Source of the DNA: Pirellulales bacterium
GTDB taxonomy: Bacteria; Planctomycetota; Planctomycetia; Pirellulales; JAIMBC01
Length of the DNA stretch: 64,000 bases
NCBI GenBank assembly: GCA_023511675.1
Contig: JAIMBC010000001.1
Location: 13,263-77,262 of the forward strand
Reading direction: 5' to 3'
The notes under the pieces are model-generated. The model was not told the DNA's origin. It did not search any database and saw only the letters and a program-made list of their open reading frames with translations. Shown here in pieces: positions 25,583 through 35,802 of this stretch. The translations under genes and the position numbers were made by a program. Position 1 is the stretch's first letter. The number at the start of each line of letters is the position of its first letter.

Positions 25583-26614
25583 TCATTCGGCCATCTGGTC
25601 GCTGGCTGAGGCGCGGCGAAGGCGATCGCGCACGGCCAGCCAGTCTTCACCACTGGGCGGAGCGGCGCACACGATGTATTGCACGCCGGCCTGTTCCAAC
25701 TCGAACAGCGTGGCGTACAGGAGTGCGGCGGCCTGACGGGGATCAAGCGGCAGCACCCTCAAGAGGATGGGCGAAGGCGTTAGGGGCTGCTCTCCGAAGG
25801 TGACCAGGCCTACCATCATGCCCTGGCGGCTGAGGCGGAGCGCCTGCTCGACGGGCTGATCAGAAAGCATCAACGGCACAGCGGGAGAGTAATGGCGCAG
25901 CATCCGCCCAGGAGATGGCAGCGGCCGGCCTGGCGGTTGTACCCCATCCGCGGCCAGAACGACATCGCCCAGTACCTCCCGAAGCTGCTGGGGCGAGATG
26001 AGACCGGGGCGTAGAATGCGAGGCGGCTGGACGGTCAGATCGAGCACGGTCGATTCCAGGCCCCCTGGTGTTGGCCCGCCGTCGAGGATCAGCTCGATCC
26101 GGCCTGCCAGCCCGGCCAGCACGTGTTCTGCACGCGTGGGGCTGAGGCGATTGGCCAGATTGGCGCTGGGCGCCGCAATCGGCACCGCCGCAGCCCGCAA
26201 TAGCGCCAGGGCCACAGGATGGGCCGGTGCTCGAATACCCACAGTAGGGCCGCCCGCCGTTACCTGGTGGGGAATGCAACTCGCACGGGGCAGAACGAGC
26301 GTCAGCGGTCCGGGCCAGAACCGTTGGACAAGCGTGCTGGCCTGCTCCGGCCAGTCAGTAACGAGGCTCATGGCCAGGGCTGGATCGGCCACGTGGACGA
26401 TCACGGGGTTTTCCGGCGGCCGGCCCTTGGCCCGGAAAATCCGCTGCACGGCCAGCGCGTCGAGGGCATTGGCGCCAAGGCCGTACACGGTTTCGGTAGG
26501 GAAGGCGACCAGTCCGCCCGCGCGGAGCACCTCTGCTGCCCGACGAATGGCAGCGGGCTGCGGATGCTGGGCATCGACGTGAAGAATCTCGGTTTTCATA
26601 AAATGCAGTAACAT
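25583..26614 (-). CDS. tsaC: L-threonylcarbamoyladenylate synthase (YrdC domain plus Sua5 C-terminal domain)
   Basis: LVAFPTETVYGLGANA, KGRPPENPVIVHV, and a C-terminal Sua5-type domain. Start is ATG 26614 or ATG 26599 (MKTEILHVD...). Confidence 0.9.
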   Translation of the reverse strand: MLLHFMKTEILHVDAQHPQPAAIRRAAEVLRAGGLVAFPTETVYGLGANALDALAVQRIFRAKGRPPENPVIVHVADPALAMSLVTDWPEQASTLVQRFWPGPLTLVLPRASCIPHQVTAGGPTVGIRAPAHPVALALLRAAAVPIAAPSANLANRLSPTRAEHVLAGLAGRIELILDGGPTPGGLESTVLDLTVQPPRILRPGLISPQQLREVLGDVVLAADGVQPPGRPLPSPGRMLRHYSPAVPLMLSDQPVEQALRLSRQGMMVGLVTFGEQPLTPSPILLRVLPLDPRQAAALLYATLFELEQAGVQYIVCAAPPSGEDWLAVRDRLRRASASDQMAE

Positions 26615-26763
26615 TGTAGCCGGAGGGGGCCGGAAGGGCCGGTGCAGATGGGGTGCGGTCGCATTGTGGGGCAAAGCGCGGGCGCGTCCGGGAGGCTGGC
26701 CGGGGAGTTGGTCCGCAGGGTTTGCCGGCGGGGTTGCCGTGCGCTACACTGGGGCGAAGAGCG

Positions 26764-27357
26764 ATGATTCTGCTAATAGACAACTACGACTCGTTCACGT
26801 ACAACCTCGTGCAACGGCTGGGAGAGATCGACCCTGCCCTGTCCATCTGGGTTGTGCGCAATGATCAGGTTACGGTGGAGCGGATCGAGGCCTGGGGGCC
26901 GACGCACATCATCATATCTCCCGGCCCTTGCACACCGCGGGAGGCGGGGATCTCTTGCGAGTGCATCAAGCATTTTGCAGGCCGCGTACCGTTGTTAGGG
27001 GTGTGCCTGGGCCACCAGGCCATCGGCCATGCGTTTGGAGCCAAGATTGTGCGGGCCAGGCAGCTTATGCACGGCAAGGTGGACAGGGTGTACCACAACG
27101 ATCGGGGCTTGTTCGCGGGGTTGGAGAACCCCTTTGAGGCTACCCGCTACCACAGCCTGGTCATTGAACCGGGCACGCTGCCCAGCGAGCTGGAGGTGTG
27201 TGCGTGGTGTCCAGCCCCGGATGGTTCGCAAGAGATCATGGCGGTGTGTCACAAGAGCTGGCCGCTGTGGGGAGTGCAGTTTCACCCCGAAAGCTTTTTG
27301 ACGCACTGCGGCCCCGAGATCCTGCGGCGTTTTCTGGCATTGGCACCCGTGCTGTGA
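26764..27357 (+). CDS. trpG: Glutamine amidotransferase component II of anthranilate / aminodeoxychorismate synthase
   Basis: MILLIDNYDSFTYNLVQ, catalytic Cys in LLGVCLGHQA, and GVQFHPES. TrpG and PabA cannot be separated from sequence alone. Confidence 0.9.
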   Translation: MILLIDNYDSFTYNLVQRLGEIDPALSIWVVRNDQVTVERIEAWGPTHIIISPGPCTPREAGISCECIKHFAGRVPLLGVCLGHQAIGHAFGAKIVRARQLMHGKVDRVYHNDRGLFAGLENPFEATRYHSLVIEPGTLPSELEVCAWCPAPDGSQEIMAVCHKSWPLWGVQFHPESFLTHCGPEILRRFLALAPVL

Positions 27358-27367
27358 ATCACGTGGC

Positions 27368-28603
27368 ATGTTGACGGTCGCAGAGGCGCTGGTAGTGGTG
27401 GCAGACTGCGTCACGGTTTGCCCCAGCATCGAGGTACCGTGCCAGGATGCGTGGGGAATGGTCCTGGCGGAGGCCGTGGCCAGCGACGTGGACTCGCCGC
27501 CATGCGACCGCTCGGTGGTGGACGGCTACGCAGTGTGCTCGGCGGACTTGCGGGACGGCAGGGCGGAACTGACCGTGCTGGAGGAACTACCAGCGGGCCG
27601 CCTTCCCAAACACGCGGTAACTCGCGGGACCGCCGTGCGGGTGATGACGGGGGCCGCCATTCCCCCAGGGGCAGATGCGGTGGTGATGGTGGAGCACGGC
27701 CAGCTTCTGGAAGATGGCCGCGTGCGGTTGCCGCAGGCAGCCGCCACTGCCGGCCAGAACATTCTGCGCCGCGCCGCCGCGATGTCTCGGGGAGAGGTGG
27801 TGATGGAAGCCGGCCGCCTGTTGCGCCCTGCCGATGTGGGACTGCTGGCCGAGGCGGGACACAGCCGCGTCCGCGTGGTGCGGCGCCCCACGGTGGCCGT
27901 GCTCGCGACCGGCAGCGAGTTGGTACCTGCGTGGCAGAAACCCGGTCCGGCTCAGATTCGCAACTCGAACGGTGCCATGCTGCTGGCAGCCGTTCGGCAG
28001 GCAGGTGGCGTGGCGATCGATCTTGGCATTGCCATCGACGAGCCAGAGGCCCTGCGGCGCTGCATCAAGGCGGGCTTAGAGTGCGACGTGCTGGTGCTCT
28101 CGGGAGGCGTCTCGGCCGGCGCCTGGGATCTGGTGCCTGGCATCTTGCAAGCTTTGGGCGTAGAACAGCGCTTCCACAAAGTACGGCTGAAACCGGGCAA
28201 GCCGCTCTGGTTTGGCACGCTGGCCGGACCGCAACGCAGCCGGTTGGTGTTCGGCCTGCCCGGCAATCCGGTAAGTTCGTTCGTCTGCTTTGAACTTTTC
28301 GTGCGGCCAGCGCTGGCGGCCTTGGCAGGCCGGCCAGCCTGGCAACGCCCAGAGCGGACGGGCCGCCTGACTGCCGGCTTTCGCCACCGAGGAGACCGAC
28401 CTACCTACCATCCCGCCACCGCTGTTCCCCCCGCCGACGCCCAGAGCAACGAACCGCCTCTACATTATGATGTAACACCGCTGGACTGGCAGGGATCGGC
28501 CGATCAGCGCACGCTCGCCCGGGCCAATGCCCTGGCCATCTTTCCGGCGGGAGACGGCACCTACCAGGTCGGTGATGCGATTCCGCTTTTGCTGTTGGAC
28601 TAA
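27368..28603 (+). CDS. moeA: Molybdopterin molybdenumtransferase
   Basis: Typical MoeA N-terminus (...DSPPCDRSVVDGYAV), a central MoCF-biosynthesis domain (VLVLSGGVSAGAWD) and LPGNPVSSFV. Confidence 0.9.
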   Translation: MLTVAEALVVVADCVTVCPSIEVPCQDAWGMVLAEAVASDVDSPPCDRSVVDGYAVCSADLRDGRAELTVLEELPAGRLPKHAVTRGTAVRVMTGAAIPPGADAVVMVEHGQLLEDGRVRLPQAAATAGQNILRRAAAMSRGEVVMEAGRLLRPADVGLLAEAGHSRVRVVRRPTVAVLATGSELVPAWQKPGPAQIRNSNGAMLLAAVRQAGGVAIDLGIAIDEPEALRRCIKAGLECDVLVLSGGVSAGAWDLVPGILQALGVEQRFHKVRLKPGKPLWFGTLAGPQRSRLVFGLPGNPVSSFVCFELFVRPALAALAGRPAWQRPERTGRLTAGFRHRGDRPTYHPATAVPPADAQSNEPPLHYDVTPLDWQGSADQRTLARANALAIFPAGDGTYQVGDAIPLLLLD

Positions 28604-28708
28604 CTTCGAACCGCCTTTGCACTTGTTTCTGACAAACGTCCAAGTCGCTGCCGGGTTGGCCGCCGGTCAAGCTGCCGGACTGGTCTGCGATTCACAAGCG
28701 TGCTCGGC

Positions 28709-31700
28709 ATGAAGAAAAAGAGACAACAGCACGTGCTGCCCGGCCTGGAAGACGAAGGCGTGCAAGCACTCCCCGCTCTGGATCCGGCCGCGCCAGCGCC
28801 GCTCTCGCCTGCTGCCTTTGCGAGCGAATCCCGACCGCAGCAGGGAATGGAAGCGGCCGGTCGTACGCCCAGCGAGGTGCCCCCAGCCGATCATCCGCCT
28901 GAGGCCGCGCAATCATTGGCCGCCGATGCGCAACAGCTCGCCGAAACGGCTCCCGCAACACCGACGGTCTGGGTCGTGGATGCCCACAACCTGATCTTCC
29001 AGGTGTTCCACGCCGTTCCCGAAATGACCAGCCCCGCGGGGGAAGCCGTGAACGCGGTGTTCGGCCTTGCCCGCGATGTGCTCTTCCTGCTGGAAACGAG
29101 GCGGCCCGATTACCTCTTCGTCGCCTTTGACATGCCCGGCCCCACCTTTCGCCACGAATTGTACGAAGGCTACAAACGCGATCGGCCGGACATGCCCGAC
29201 GAACTCGTGCCCCAGATTTCCAAGATCCGCGAGCTACTCGCCGCGCTGGGAGTGCCCGTGCTGGAGTACCCTGGCTTCGAGGCCGATGACATTCTGGCCA
29301 CCCTCGCCCGCCTGGCAGAAGAACGCGGCTGGCAATGCTACCTGGTCACGGCAGATAAAGACTGCCGGCAGCTCATTACCGATCGAGTACGGTTGTTCAA
29401 TGTCCGCAAGAACCAGGTGATGGACCGCGAAGCGCTGCGGGCAGAGTGGGGCATTAGCCCGGAGCAGGTGGTCGACTTCCAGGCACTGGTGGGAGACACG
29501 GTGGATCAGATACCGGGCGTGCCGCTGATCGGGCCGAAGAATGCCAGCGAGCTGTTACAGCGCTACGGCAGCTTGCAACAAATCCTGGCTCACGCCGACG
29601 AGGTGCCGGGCAGCAAGCGCCGCGAGAATCTAAAGGCGTACGGAGAAAAGGCCCTTCTCAGCCGCGCGTTGGTGCGGTTGCGCCCCGATGTGCCCCTGGA
29701 GTTTGATTGGGAGCAGGGCCGGGCAGATCGCTTCCCTCTGGCACGGGCAGAGCCGCTGTTTGCAGCCTTTGGATTCCACCGTCTGGGGGCGCAGCTCCGT
29801 CGTCTGGCGGCACGGCAGGCCAAGAACGGCCCAACCGGAAACACTGTGGAGGCGATGCAGCCGCCACACGCCGCCGGGCAGCAGGAACCAGCATCTGGCG
29901 GTGCAGCGGGGGTGGGCCCATCCCTCGCCCGGCCGCCACGGTATGTGGAGCGGCCGTCACAGCATAGGCTGGGGGAGCCGCAGTCGGCGGCTCTGGAAGC
30001 AGCGAGTCCCGCCTCGCTGGCTCACCAGACAAATGTGCTGGAAGCTCCCTGGCAGGCTGACTATCGCACGGTGACAAGCCTGGAGCAGCTCACGCAGCTC
30101 GTCGACGCCATCCGGCGTGTCGGCCTCGTGTCGTTCGACACCGAGACCACCAGCGTGCGCCCCGCGGAGGCGGACCTGGTCGGCTGCTCCCTCGCGTGGC
30201 AAGAGGGCCTCGCCTACTACGTGCCGTTGCGAGCGCCCCCGGGCGAGCCATGCCTGGATGCCGCATCAGCCCTGAATGTTTTGCGGCCCATGCTTGAAGA
30301 TCCGGCCGTGGGCAAAGTCGGCCAGAATCTCAAGTTCGACATGGTGGTGTTACGAACCGTGGGCATCGAGCTGAAAGGGCTGCGTTTCGACAGCATGATG
30401 GCCAGCTACCTGCTGGATGCAGGAGAGCGCGTCCACAACCTGGACGAGCTGGCACGGCGCTACCTGCGCCACACGAACATCAAGATCGACGAACTCATTG
30501 GAACCGGCCGCAGTCAGCGGCGCATGGACGAGGTGCCGGTGGCAGAGGTCACGCGGTATGCCGCGGAAGATGCGGACGTGGCCCTCCGGCTTTACCCCAT
30601 CCTCGAAGGGCGGCTCAGGGAAGAGGGATTGCACGCTTTGTTCACAGACCTCGAGCTGCCGCTGGTCGAGGTGCTGGCCGCCATGGAGGCGACCGGCATA
30701 CGGGTGGACGTCGATCGGCTGGCCCGCCTGAGCCAGCGGTATGAGCAGAGGTTGAAGGAGCTGGAGGCCGAGATCTTCCGCCTGGCGGGCCGAGCATTCA
30801 ACCTCGCATCGACGCAGCAGCTCCAGCAGGTGCTGTTCAAGGAGCTGAAATTGCCCACTCGCAGGCGAACCCTCACCGGCGCCAGCACCAACATGGAGGT
30901 GTTGGTCGAGCTGGCGCGCCTGCATCCCCTGCCTGCGCGGATGATCGAATACAGGCAATATGCGAAATTGAAGAGCACCTATCTTGACGCATTGCCGGCG
31001 CTGGTCAACCCCCGCACGGGGCGCGTGCATGCCTCGTTCCACCAGGCGGTCGCGGCGACGGGCCGGCTCAGTTCCAGCGATCCGAATTTGCAGAACATCC
31101 CGGTGCGCACCGAGGAGGGGCGGGCAATCCGGGCCGCCTTTATGCCGGGAGAGCCCGACTGGAAGCTGCTCTCCGCCGACTACTCGCAGATCGAGCTGCG
31201 CATTCTGGCACACTTTTCGCAGGATCCGGCCCTGCTGGAGGCGTTCGCCCGCGATGAAGACATCCACGCTCGTGTGGCAGCAGAGGTCGCTGGCGTACCG
31301 CTGGAGGAGGTGAACGAGGAGCTGCGGCGGCGTGCCAAGGCGGTGAACTTTGGGGTGATTTACGGGCAGAGCCCGGCGGGGCTGGCGCGGGCACTGGGCA
31401 TCAGCCAGGAGGAGGCGGCGGCCTTCATCGACTCGTACTTCGCCCGCTACCGCGGCGTGGACGAATTCATCGGCCGAACTCTGGCAGAATGCTGCGAAAG
31501 GGGTTATGTTAAAACGATCCTGGGGCGCAGGCGAGCCATCCGCGGCGTGCGCCGGGCGGCCGGCCGCCAGCGTAACCTTCCCGAGCGCACGGCGATCAAC
31601 ACAATCATCCAGGGATCGGCAGCCGACCTGATCAAACAGGCGATGGTGGCTATCCATCGCCGTTTGCAGCATGAAGGCATGGCGGCGCGTATGTTGTTGC

Positions 31701-31864
31701 AGATCCATGACGAATTGGTGTTCGAAGTTCCCCCGCACGAAGTGGACCGCCTTGCCCGATTGGTCCGCGATGAAATGACCCGCGTGGGGCCGCTTTCCGT
31801 GCCGTTGAAGGTCGACCTGCAAGTCGGCCCAAACTGGGCCGAGACCGTGGAGTGGGCGTGCTGA
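28709..31864 (+). CDS. polA: DNA polymerase I (5' nuclease + 3'-5' exonuclease + polymerase)
   Basis: Exo I SFDTETTS. Polymerase motif A DYSQIELRILAH, motif B RRRAKAVNFGVIYG, motif C QIHDELVFE. ATG 28709; the track GTG 28700 is upstream. Carries an 86-aa N-terminal extension and a long inter-domain linker. Confidence 0.95.
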   Translation: MKKKRQQHVLPGLEDEGVQALPALDPAAPAPLSPAAFASESRPQQGMEAAGRTPSEVPPADHPPEAAQSLAADAQQLAETAPATPTVWVVDAHNLIFQVFHAVPEMTSPAGEAVNAVFGLARDVLFLLETRRPDYLFVAFDMPGPTFRHELYEGYKRDRPDMPDELVPQISKIRELLAALGVPVLEYPGFEADDILATLARLAEERGWQCYLVTADKDCRQLITDRVRLFNVRKNQVMDREALRAEWGISPEQVVDFQALVGDTVDQIPGVPLIGPKNASELLQRYGSLQQILAHADEVPGSKRRENLKAYGEKALLSRALVRLRPDVPLEFDWEQGRADRFPLARAEPLFAAFGFHRLGAQLRRLAARQAKNGPTGNTVEAMQPPHAAGQQEPASGGAAGVGPSLARPPRYVERPSQHRLGEPQSAALEAASPASLAHQTNVLEAPWQADYRTVTSLEQLTQLVDAIRRVGLVSFDTETTSVRPAEADLVGCSLAWQEGLAYYVPLRAPPGEPCLDAASALNVLRPMLEDPAVGKVGQNLKFDMVVLRTVGIELKGLRFDSMMASYLLDAGERVHNLDELARRYLRHTNIKIDELIGTGRSQRRMDEVPVAEVTRYAAEDADVALRLYPILEGRLREEGLHALFTDLELPLVEVLAAMEATGIRVDVDRLARLSQRYEQRLKELEAEIFRLAGRAFNLASTQQLQQVLFKELKLPTRRRTLTGASTNMEVLVELARLHPLPARMIEYRQYAKLKSTYLDALPALVNPRTGRVHASFHQAVAATGRLSSSDPNLQNIPVRTEEGRAIRAAFMPGEPDWKLLSADYSQIELRILAHFSQDPALLEAFARDEDIHARVAAEVAGVPLEEVNEELRRRAKAVNFGVIYGQSPAGLARALGISQEEAAAFIDSYFARYRGVDEFIGRTLAECCERGYVKTILGRRRAIRGVRRAAGRQRNLPERTAINTIIQGSAADLIKQAMVAIHRRLQHEGMAARMLLQIHDELVFEVPPHEVDRLARLVRDEMTRVGPLSVPLKVDLQVGPNWAETVEWAC

Positions 31865-31874
31865 TCCTTTGCGC

Positions 31875-32492
31875 ATGCTCGTTGTGGGCCTGATTGGCGG
31901 CGTAGCCAGTGGAAAGAGCCTTGTTGCCCGGTATTTCTGCGAGTGTGGTGCACAACTGGTGGACGGGGACCGTGCCGGCCATGCTGTGCTCGATGAGCCG
32001 GAGGTTCGCGCGGCGTTGCGGGCACGATACGGCCCGGCCGTGTTTGGCCCGGATGGCCGCGTGGTTCGTCCGGCACTGGCTCGTATCGTCTTCGGCCCAC
32101 CGCCGGCAGGACCGTGTGAGCTAGCGTTTCTCGAGGAGGTGACGCATCCACGTATCGAAAAGGTATTGCAAGCCCGCCTGGAAGAGCTGGCCGCATCCGG
32201 GACCCAGGTGGCGGTGCTGGATGCCGCGGTGATGTTGAAGGCTGGCTGGGACCGGTTTTGTGATAAAATGGTGTTTGTCGCAGCCCCATACGAAACTCGT
32301 CTGCAACGGGCACTGGCTCGCGGCTGGACGCCAGAAGAGTTCGCCGCCCGCGAGGCAGCGCAAGAACCCATCGAGGAGAAGCGCAAAGCAGCCGCGCTGC
32401 TCATCGACAACTCTGGAACCCCGGAGCAGACCCGCCAGCAGGTGCTGCGCCTTTGGCAGGAGTTCACCGCCATGCCCCATGCCCCCCCTTGA
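31875..32492 (+). CDS. coaE: Dephospho-CoA kinase
   Basis: MLVVGLIGGVASGKS P-loop. ATG 31875; TTG 31869 in the track. Sits directly downstream of polA. Confidence 0.9.
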   Translation: MLVVGLIGGVASGKSLVARYFCECGAQLVDGDRAGHAVLDEPEVRAALRARYGPAVFGPDGRVVRPALARIVFGPPPAGPCELAFLEEVTHPRIEKVLQARLEELAASGTQVAVLDAAVMLKAGWDRFCDKMVFVAAPYETRLQRALARGWTPEEFAAREAAQEPIEEKRKAAALLIDNSGTPEQTRQQVLRLWQEFTAMPHAPP

Positions 32493-32796
32493 CCCGCCGT
32501 GTTCTGGCAAGCAGCCGCTGCTGTCATCGGCTGGCAGTACGTTGGCGTTCCCTGTGATGGTGTAGATTTGAATACGTCGATGATGCGGTTTCCGGTAGCT
32601 AACATGTGATCAAGTGGCCAGAGGGTCTCGATGCGGGCATGCGAGCCGATGCCTGCCGTCGCAGGCAGGGCAGGTTGTCATGCAGCGAGGCCTTCGGGAT
32701 GATGCATCTATCAGCCCCCGCAACGGGGCGCAACTTCACCTGCCGCCGGTGCCTTCAGCGCACTGGCTCTCCCTTCTCATCTGGAGGTTCTTCACC

Positions 32797-34506
32797 ATGG
32801 CCGAAACGAAGAGCAGCAAAGGCCCTCGGGCCCGGCGCTCTGAATCCCGGCCCGAAGCGGCGTCTGATGTGCCGGGCACTTCAGCCGAGGCAGGCGTGCC
32901 GGCTCGGGCAAGTGGAGGTGTTTCACCCGCCGCCAGCTCGGCGCCTGCAACCTGCGAGCCGGCCGCGGGGCGCACGGCAATGACGTCTGGCCGTGCAGAG
33001 GAGAACAGTTCGTCAGCCGCAACGGACGTTTCTTCAGCCCCCGCCGACCGCTCTGCGGAGCCCAGCCCCCTCTCCGCACCGGGCGGGCCAAGCGCGGTGG
33101 GCAGCCAGGCTTCTTCACCTTCTGCTGGAGCTGCCCCGGCGCGTGCGGAGGAGGCAGAACCGCTCAGCCTGGCCGAGGAACTTGCCGCCGAGGCCGAGCA
33201 GCAAGCCGAGACCAACCGCCGCTACGAGCGCATCAAACAGGGGGACATCCATATTGCCGAATTGCAACGGATGACCATGCCCCAGCTCATCGAGCAGGCG
33301 CGGAAGGCCAACCTTACCGACATCACGGGCATTAAGAAGCAGGACCTGATCTTCAAGATCCTCAAGGAGCGGGTCAAGCTCAACGGCCTGATGTACGGAG
33401 AGGGCACACTGGAGGTGCTTCCCGACGGCTTCGGCTTCTTGCGCAGCCCCGACTATCACTACCTGGCCTGCCCCGACGATATTTACGTTTCCCCCAGCCA
33501 GATCCGCCGCTTCGGCCTGCGGACGGGTGCCACCGTCTCCGGTCAGATTCGCCCCCCCAAGGAGAACGAACGTTACTTCGCCCTGTTGAGGGTGGAAGCC
33601 ATCAATTTCCAGGATCCCAACCTGCTGGCACAGAAGATCGCTTTCGACGAGCTGACACCGGTCCACCCCGACAAGCGGATCGTCCTCGAGGCCGAGCCGG
33701 AAGAGATCAGCATGAGGGTGGTCGATCTGATCACGCCCATTGGCTTTGGCCAGCGGGGTCTGATCGTCAGTCCGCCGCGGGCAGGCAAGACGATCCTGTT
33801 GCAGAAGATGGCCAAGAGCGTGCTTCGCAACCACCCCGACGTGTACGTGATCATGTTGCTGATCGACGAGCGGCCTGAAGAAGTGACCGACATGGAACGC
33901 CAGGTCAAGGGCCCCAACTGCGAGGTGATCAGCTCCACGTTCGACGAGCCGGCCGCTAGGCACTTGCAGGTCTCGGAGATGGTGATCGAAAAGGCCAAGC
34001 GGATGGTGGAGTACGGCCACGACGTGGTCATTTTCCTGGACTCCATCACGCGGCTTGCCCGCGCCTGGAATGCCGAGGTGCCGCACTCCGGCAAGATCCT
34101 CACCGGCGGCGTGGATGCCAACGCCCTCCAGAAGCCCAAGCGGTTCTTCGGCGCCGCACGCCGTGTGGAAGAGGGCGGCTCCCTGACGATCATCGCCACG
34201 GCCCTGATCGACACCGGCAGCAAGATGGATGAGGTGATCTTCGAGGAGTTCAAGGGTACCGGCAATCAGGAGATCGTGCTGGATCGCCGGCTGGTGGATC
34301 GCCGCATCTGGCCAGCCATCGACATCAATCGCAGCGGTACCCGGCGCGAGGAGATGCTGCTGGATCCCGAGGAATATCGGCGCGTGTGCATCCTGCGGCG
34401 CGTGCTCCACGAAATGAATCCGCCGGAAGCCATGGAACTGCTGATCACCCGGCTGCAAAAGACGCGGAGCAATGCCGAATTCCTCATGAGCATGAAGTCG
34501 GCATAG
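32797..34506 (+). CDS. rho: Transcription termination factor Rho with disordered N-terminal extension of about 140 aa
   Basis: ATG 32797 lies 10 nt after GGAGG (32783-32787). Canonical N-terminal domain from [14 protein letters not shown]. Walker [19 protein letters not shown]. The first 61 codons of the track ORF have no Shine-Dalgarno support. Confidence 0.95.
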   Translation: MAETKSSKGPRARRSESRPEAASDVPGTSAEAGVPARASGGVSPAASSAPATCEPAAGRTAMTSGRAEENSSSAATDVSSAPADRSAEPSPLSAPGGPSAVGSQASSPSAGAAPARAEEAEPLSLAEELAAEAEQQAETNRRYERIKQGDIHIAELQRMTMPQLIEQARKANLTDITGIKKQDLIFKILKERVKLNGLMYGEGTLEVLPDGFGFLRSPDYHYLACPDDIYVSPSQIRRFGLRTGATVSGQIRPPKENERYFALLRVEAINFQDPNLLAQKIAFDELTPVHPDKRIVLEAEPEEISMRVVDLITPIGFGQRGLIVSPPRAGKTILLQKMAKSVLRNHPDVYVIMLLIDERPEEVTDMERQVKGPNCEVISSTFDEPAARHLQVSEMVIEKAKRMVEYGHDVVIFLDSITRLARAWNAEVPHSGKILTGGVDANALQKPKRFFGAARRVEEGGSLTIIATALIDTGSKMDEVIFEEFKGTGNQEIVLDRRLVDRRIWPAIDINRSGTRREEMLLDPEEYRRVCILRRVLHEMNPPEAMELLITRLQKTRSNAEFLMSMKSA

Positions 34507-34512
34507 CCAGTC

Positions 34513-35010
34513 ATGCCCCACGAGTTTCGCGGAGAGCAGCGGGCCCCGGCAGGGAAGCTGGCCATCGTGGTCTCGCGGTACAACCAGGCCGTCACGTCGC
34601 GACTGCTCAGCGGGGCGCTGGAGACACTCGCCGCGCATGGCGTGCCCGATCAGGCAGTGGACGTGGCCTGGGTGCCCGGTGCTTTCGAGCTGCCGCTGGC
34701 GGCTTCCCGCATGGCACACACGCGACGCTACCAGGCCATCATCTGCCTTGGCGCCGTGGTGCGCGGAGAAACAACCCACGACCAGCACATCAACCGGGCG
34801 GTCAGCCTCGAGCTGGCCAGGCTGGCGGCCGCTACCGGCCTGCCCGTGCTGTTCGGGCTGCTGACCTGCGAGAGCCTGGAACAGGCCTTTCAGCGCGCGG
34901 GCGGCTCGGCCGGCAACAAGGGAAGCGAGTGTGCGCTGGCAGCGCTGGAAATGATCAGCCTGCTGGAAAAACTCGGGCCAGCCCCGCACGGCAACCAGCC
35001 CGCTCCTTAG
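34513..35010 (+). CDS. ribH: 6,7-dimethyl-8-ribityllumazine synthase
   Basis: KLAIVVSRYNQAVTSRLLSGA ... VPGAFELP ... VVRGETTHDQHI family pattern. 165 aa. Confidence 0.95.
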   Translation: MPHEFRGEQRAPAGKLAIVVSRYNQAVTSRLLSGALETLAAHGVPDQAVDVAWVPGAFELPLAASRMAHTRRYQAIICLGAVVRGETTHDQHINRAVSLELARLAAATGLPVLFGLLTCESLEQAFQRAGGSAGNKGSECALAALEMISLLEKLGPAPHGNQPAP

Positions 35011-35388
35011 CACGGCTCATCCTCCCTCTCCCTGCCTACCCGCCCCGACCTGCTGGCTCCGCTGCGTTGCAGCAGTGGCCCTTCGTGGCTACAGAGCCGC
35101 GCGGCGAGCGCGGAACGCACCAGCCGGGGCGTGTGCCGCGCGTGGCCCCCCGTAGCCCCCTGACGTGATGTGCCTCCCACCCGTGCACCCTGGCAAGGGG
35201 CATACACAATCTTGCCGAGGCTGACGGTAAGGCGGGCAGACGCTCATACTGCCATGAGAAGCCTCGGCCGCATGGCCCGCCTCCTCAGCGCACCCCCCTC
35301 GCCCGACCCAGAACCACCGACTGCCGCAGACGGCACATCCCCGCGCGGATACAATTCTCTGCCGTGTGCCTTAGGAGCCGGCACCACC

Positions 35389-35802
35389 ATGGGAATGACT
35401 CGTCGCAGCCTCGCACGTGAAGCAGCCTTGCAGGTCCTGTTCCAGGACGACTTGAATCCAGGCGCCAACCCCGCCCTGGCCGAGCAGTTCCTCCGCGCCC
35501 GCCTGGCGCATTTTCCCAACCTCGTCGAATTCGCGCAGTCCCTCGTGGATGGGGTGCGACGCAACCGCAACGAGATCGACAACCTGCTGGCACGCACGGC
35601 CGACAACTGGAGCCTGGAGCGAATGGCAGTGACCGACCGTAACATCCTTCGCATCGGCACGTTCGAACTCCTCTATACCGATACGCCCGGCCGCGTGGCC
35701 ATCAACGAGGCAGTGGAGCTTGCCAAACGCTATGGCACCGCACATAGTGCCCAGTTCGTCAACGGCATTCTCGACCGCTTTCTCGCGCTGCGACAGGAAT
35801 AG
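35389..35802 (+). CDS. nusB: Transcription antitermination factor NusB
   Basis: RRSLAREAALQVLFQ ... DRNILRIGTFELLY ... INEAVELAKRYG. ATG 35389 lies 11 nt after AGGAG. A longer N-terminus (ATG 35254) cannot be excluded. Confidence 0.85.
   Translation: MGMTRRSLAREAALQVLFQDDLNPGANPALAEQFLRARLAHFPNLVEFAQSLVDGVRRNRNEIDNLLARTADNWSLERMAVTDRNILRIGTFELLYTDTPGRVAINEAVELAKRYGTAHSAQFVNGILDRFLALRQE

Noticed and set aside
30350-32605. 751-aa ORF on the minus strand opposite polA/coaE
   Set aside because: Same reasoning. The plus strand carries all Pol I motifs. The antisense translation is Arg/Gln/His-rich noise.
33115-35013. 632-aa ORF on the minus strand opposite rho/ribH
   Set aside because: Antisense shadow ORF typical of GC-rich DNA. 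The translation is low-complexity (Gly/His/Leu/Gln-rich) with no motifs, while the plus strand encodes unmistakable Rho and RibH.
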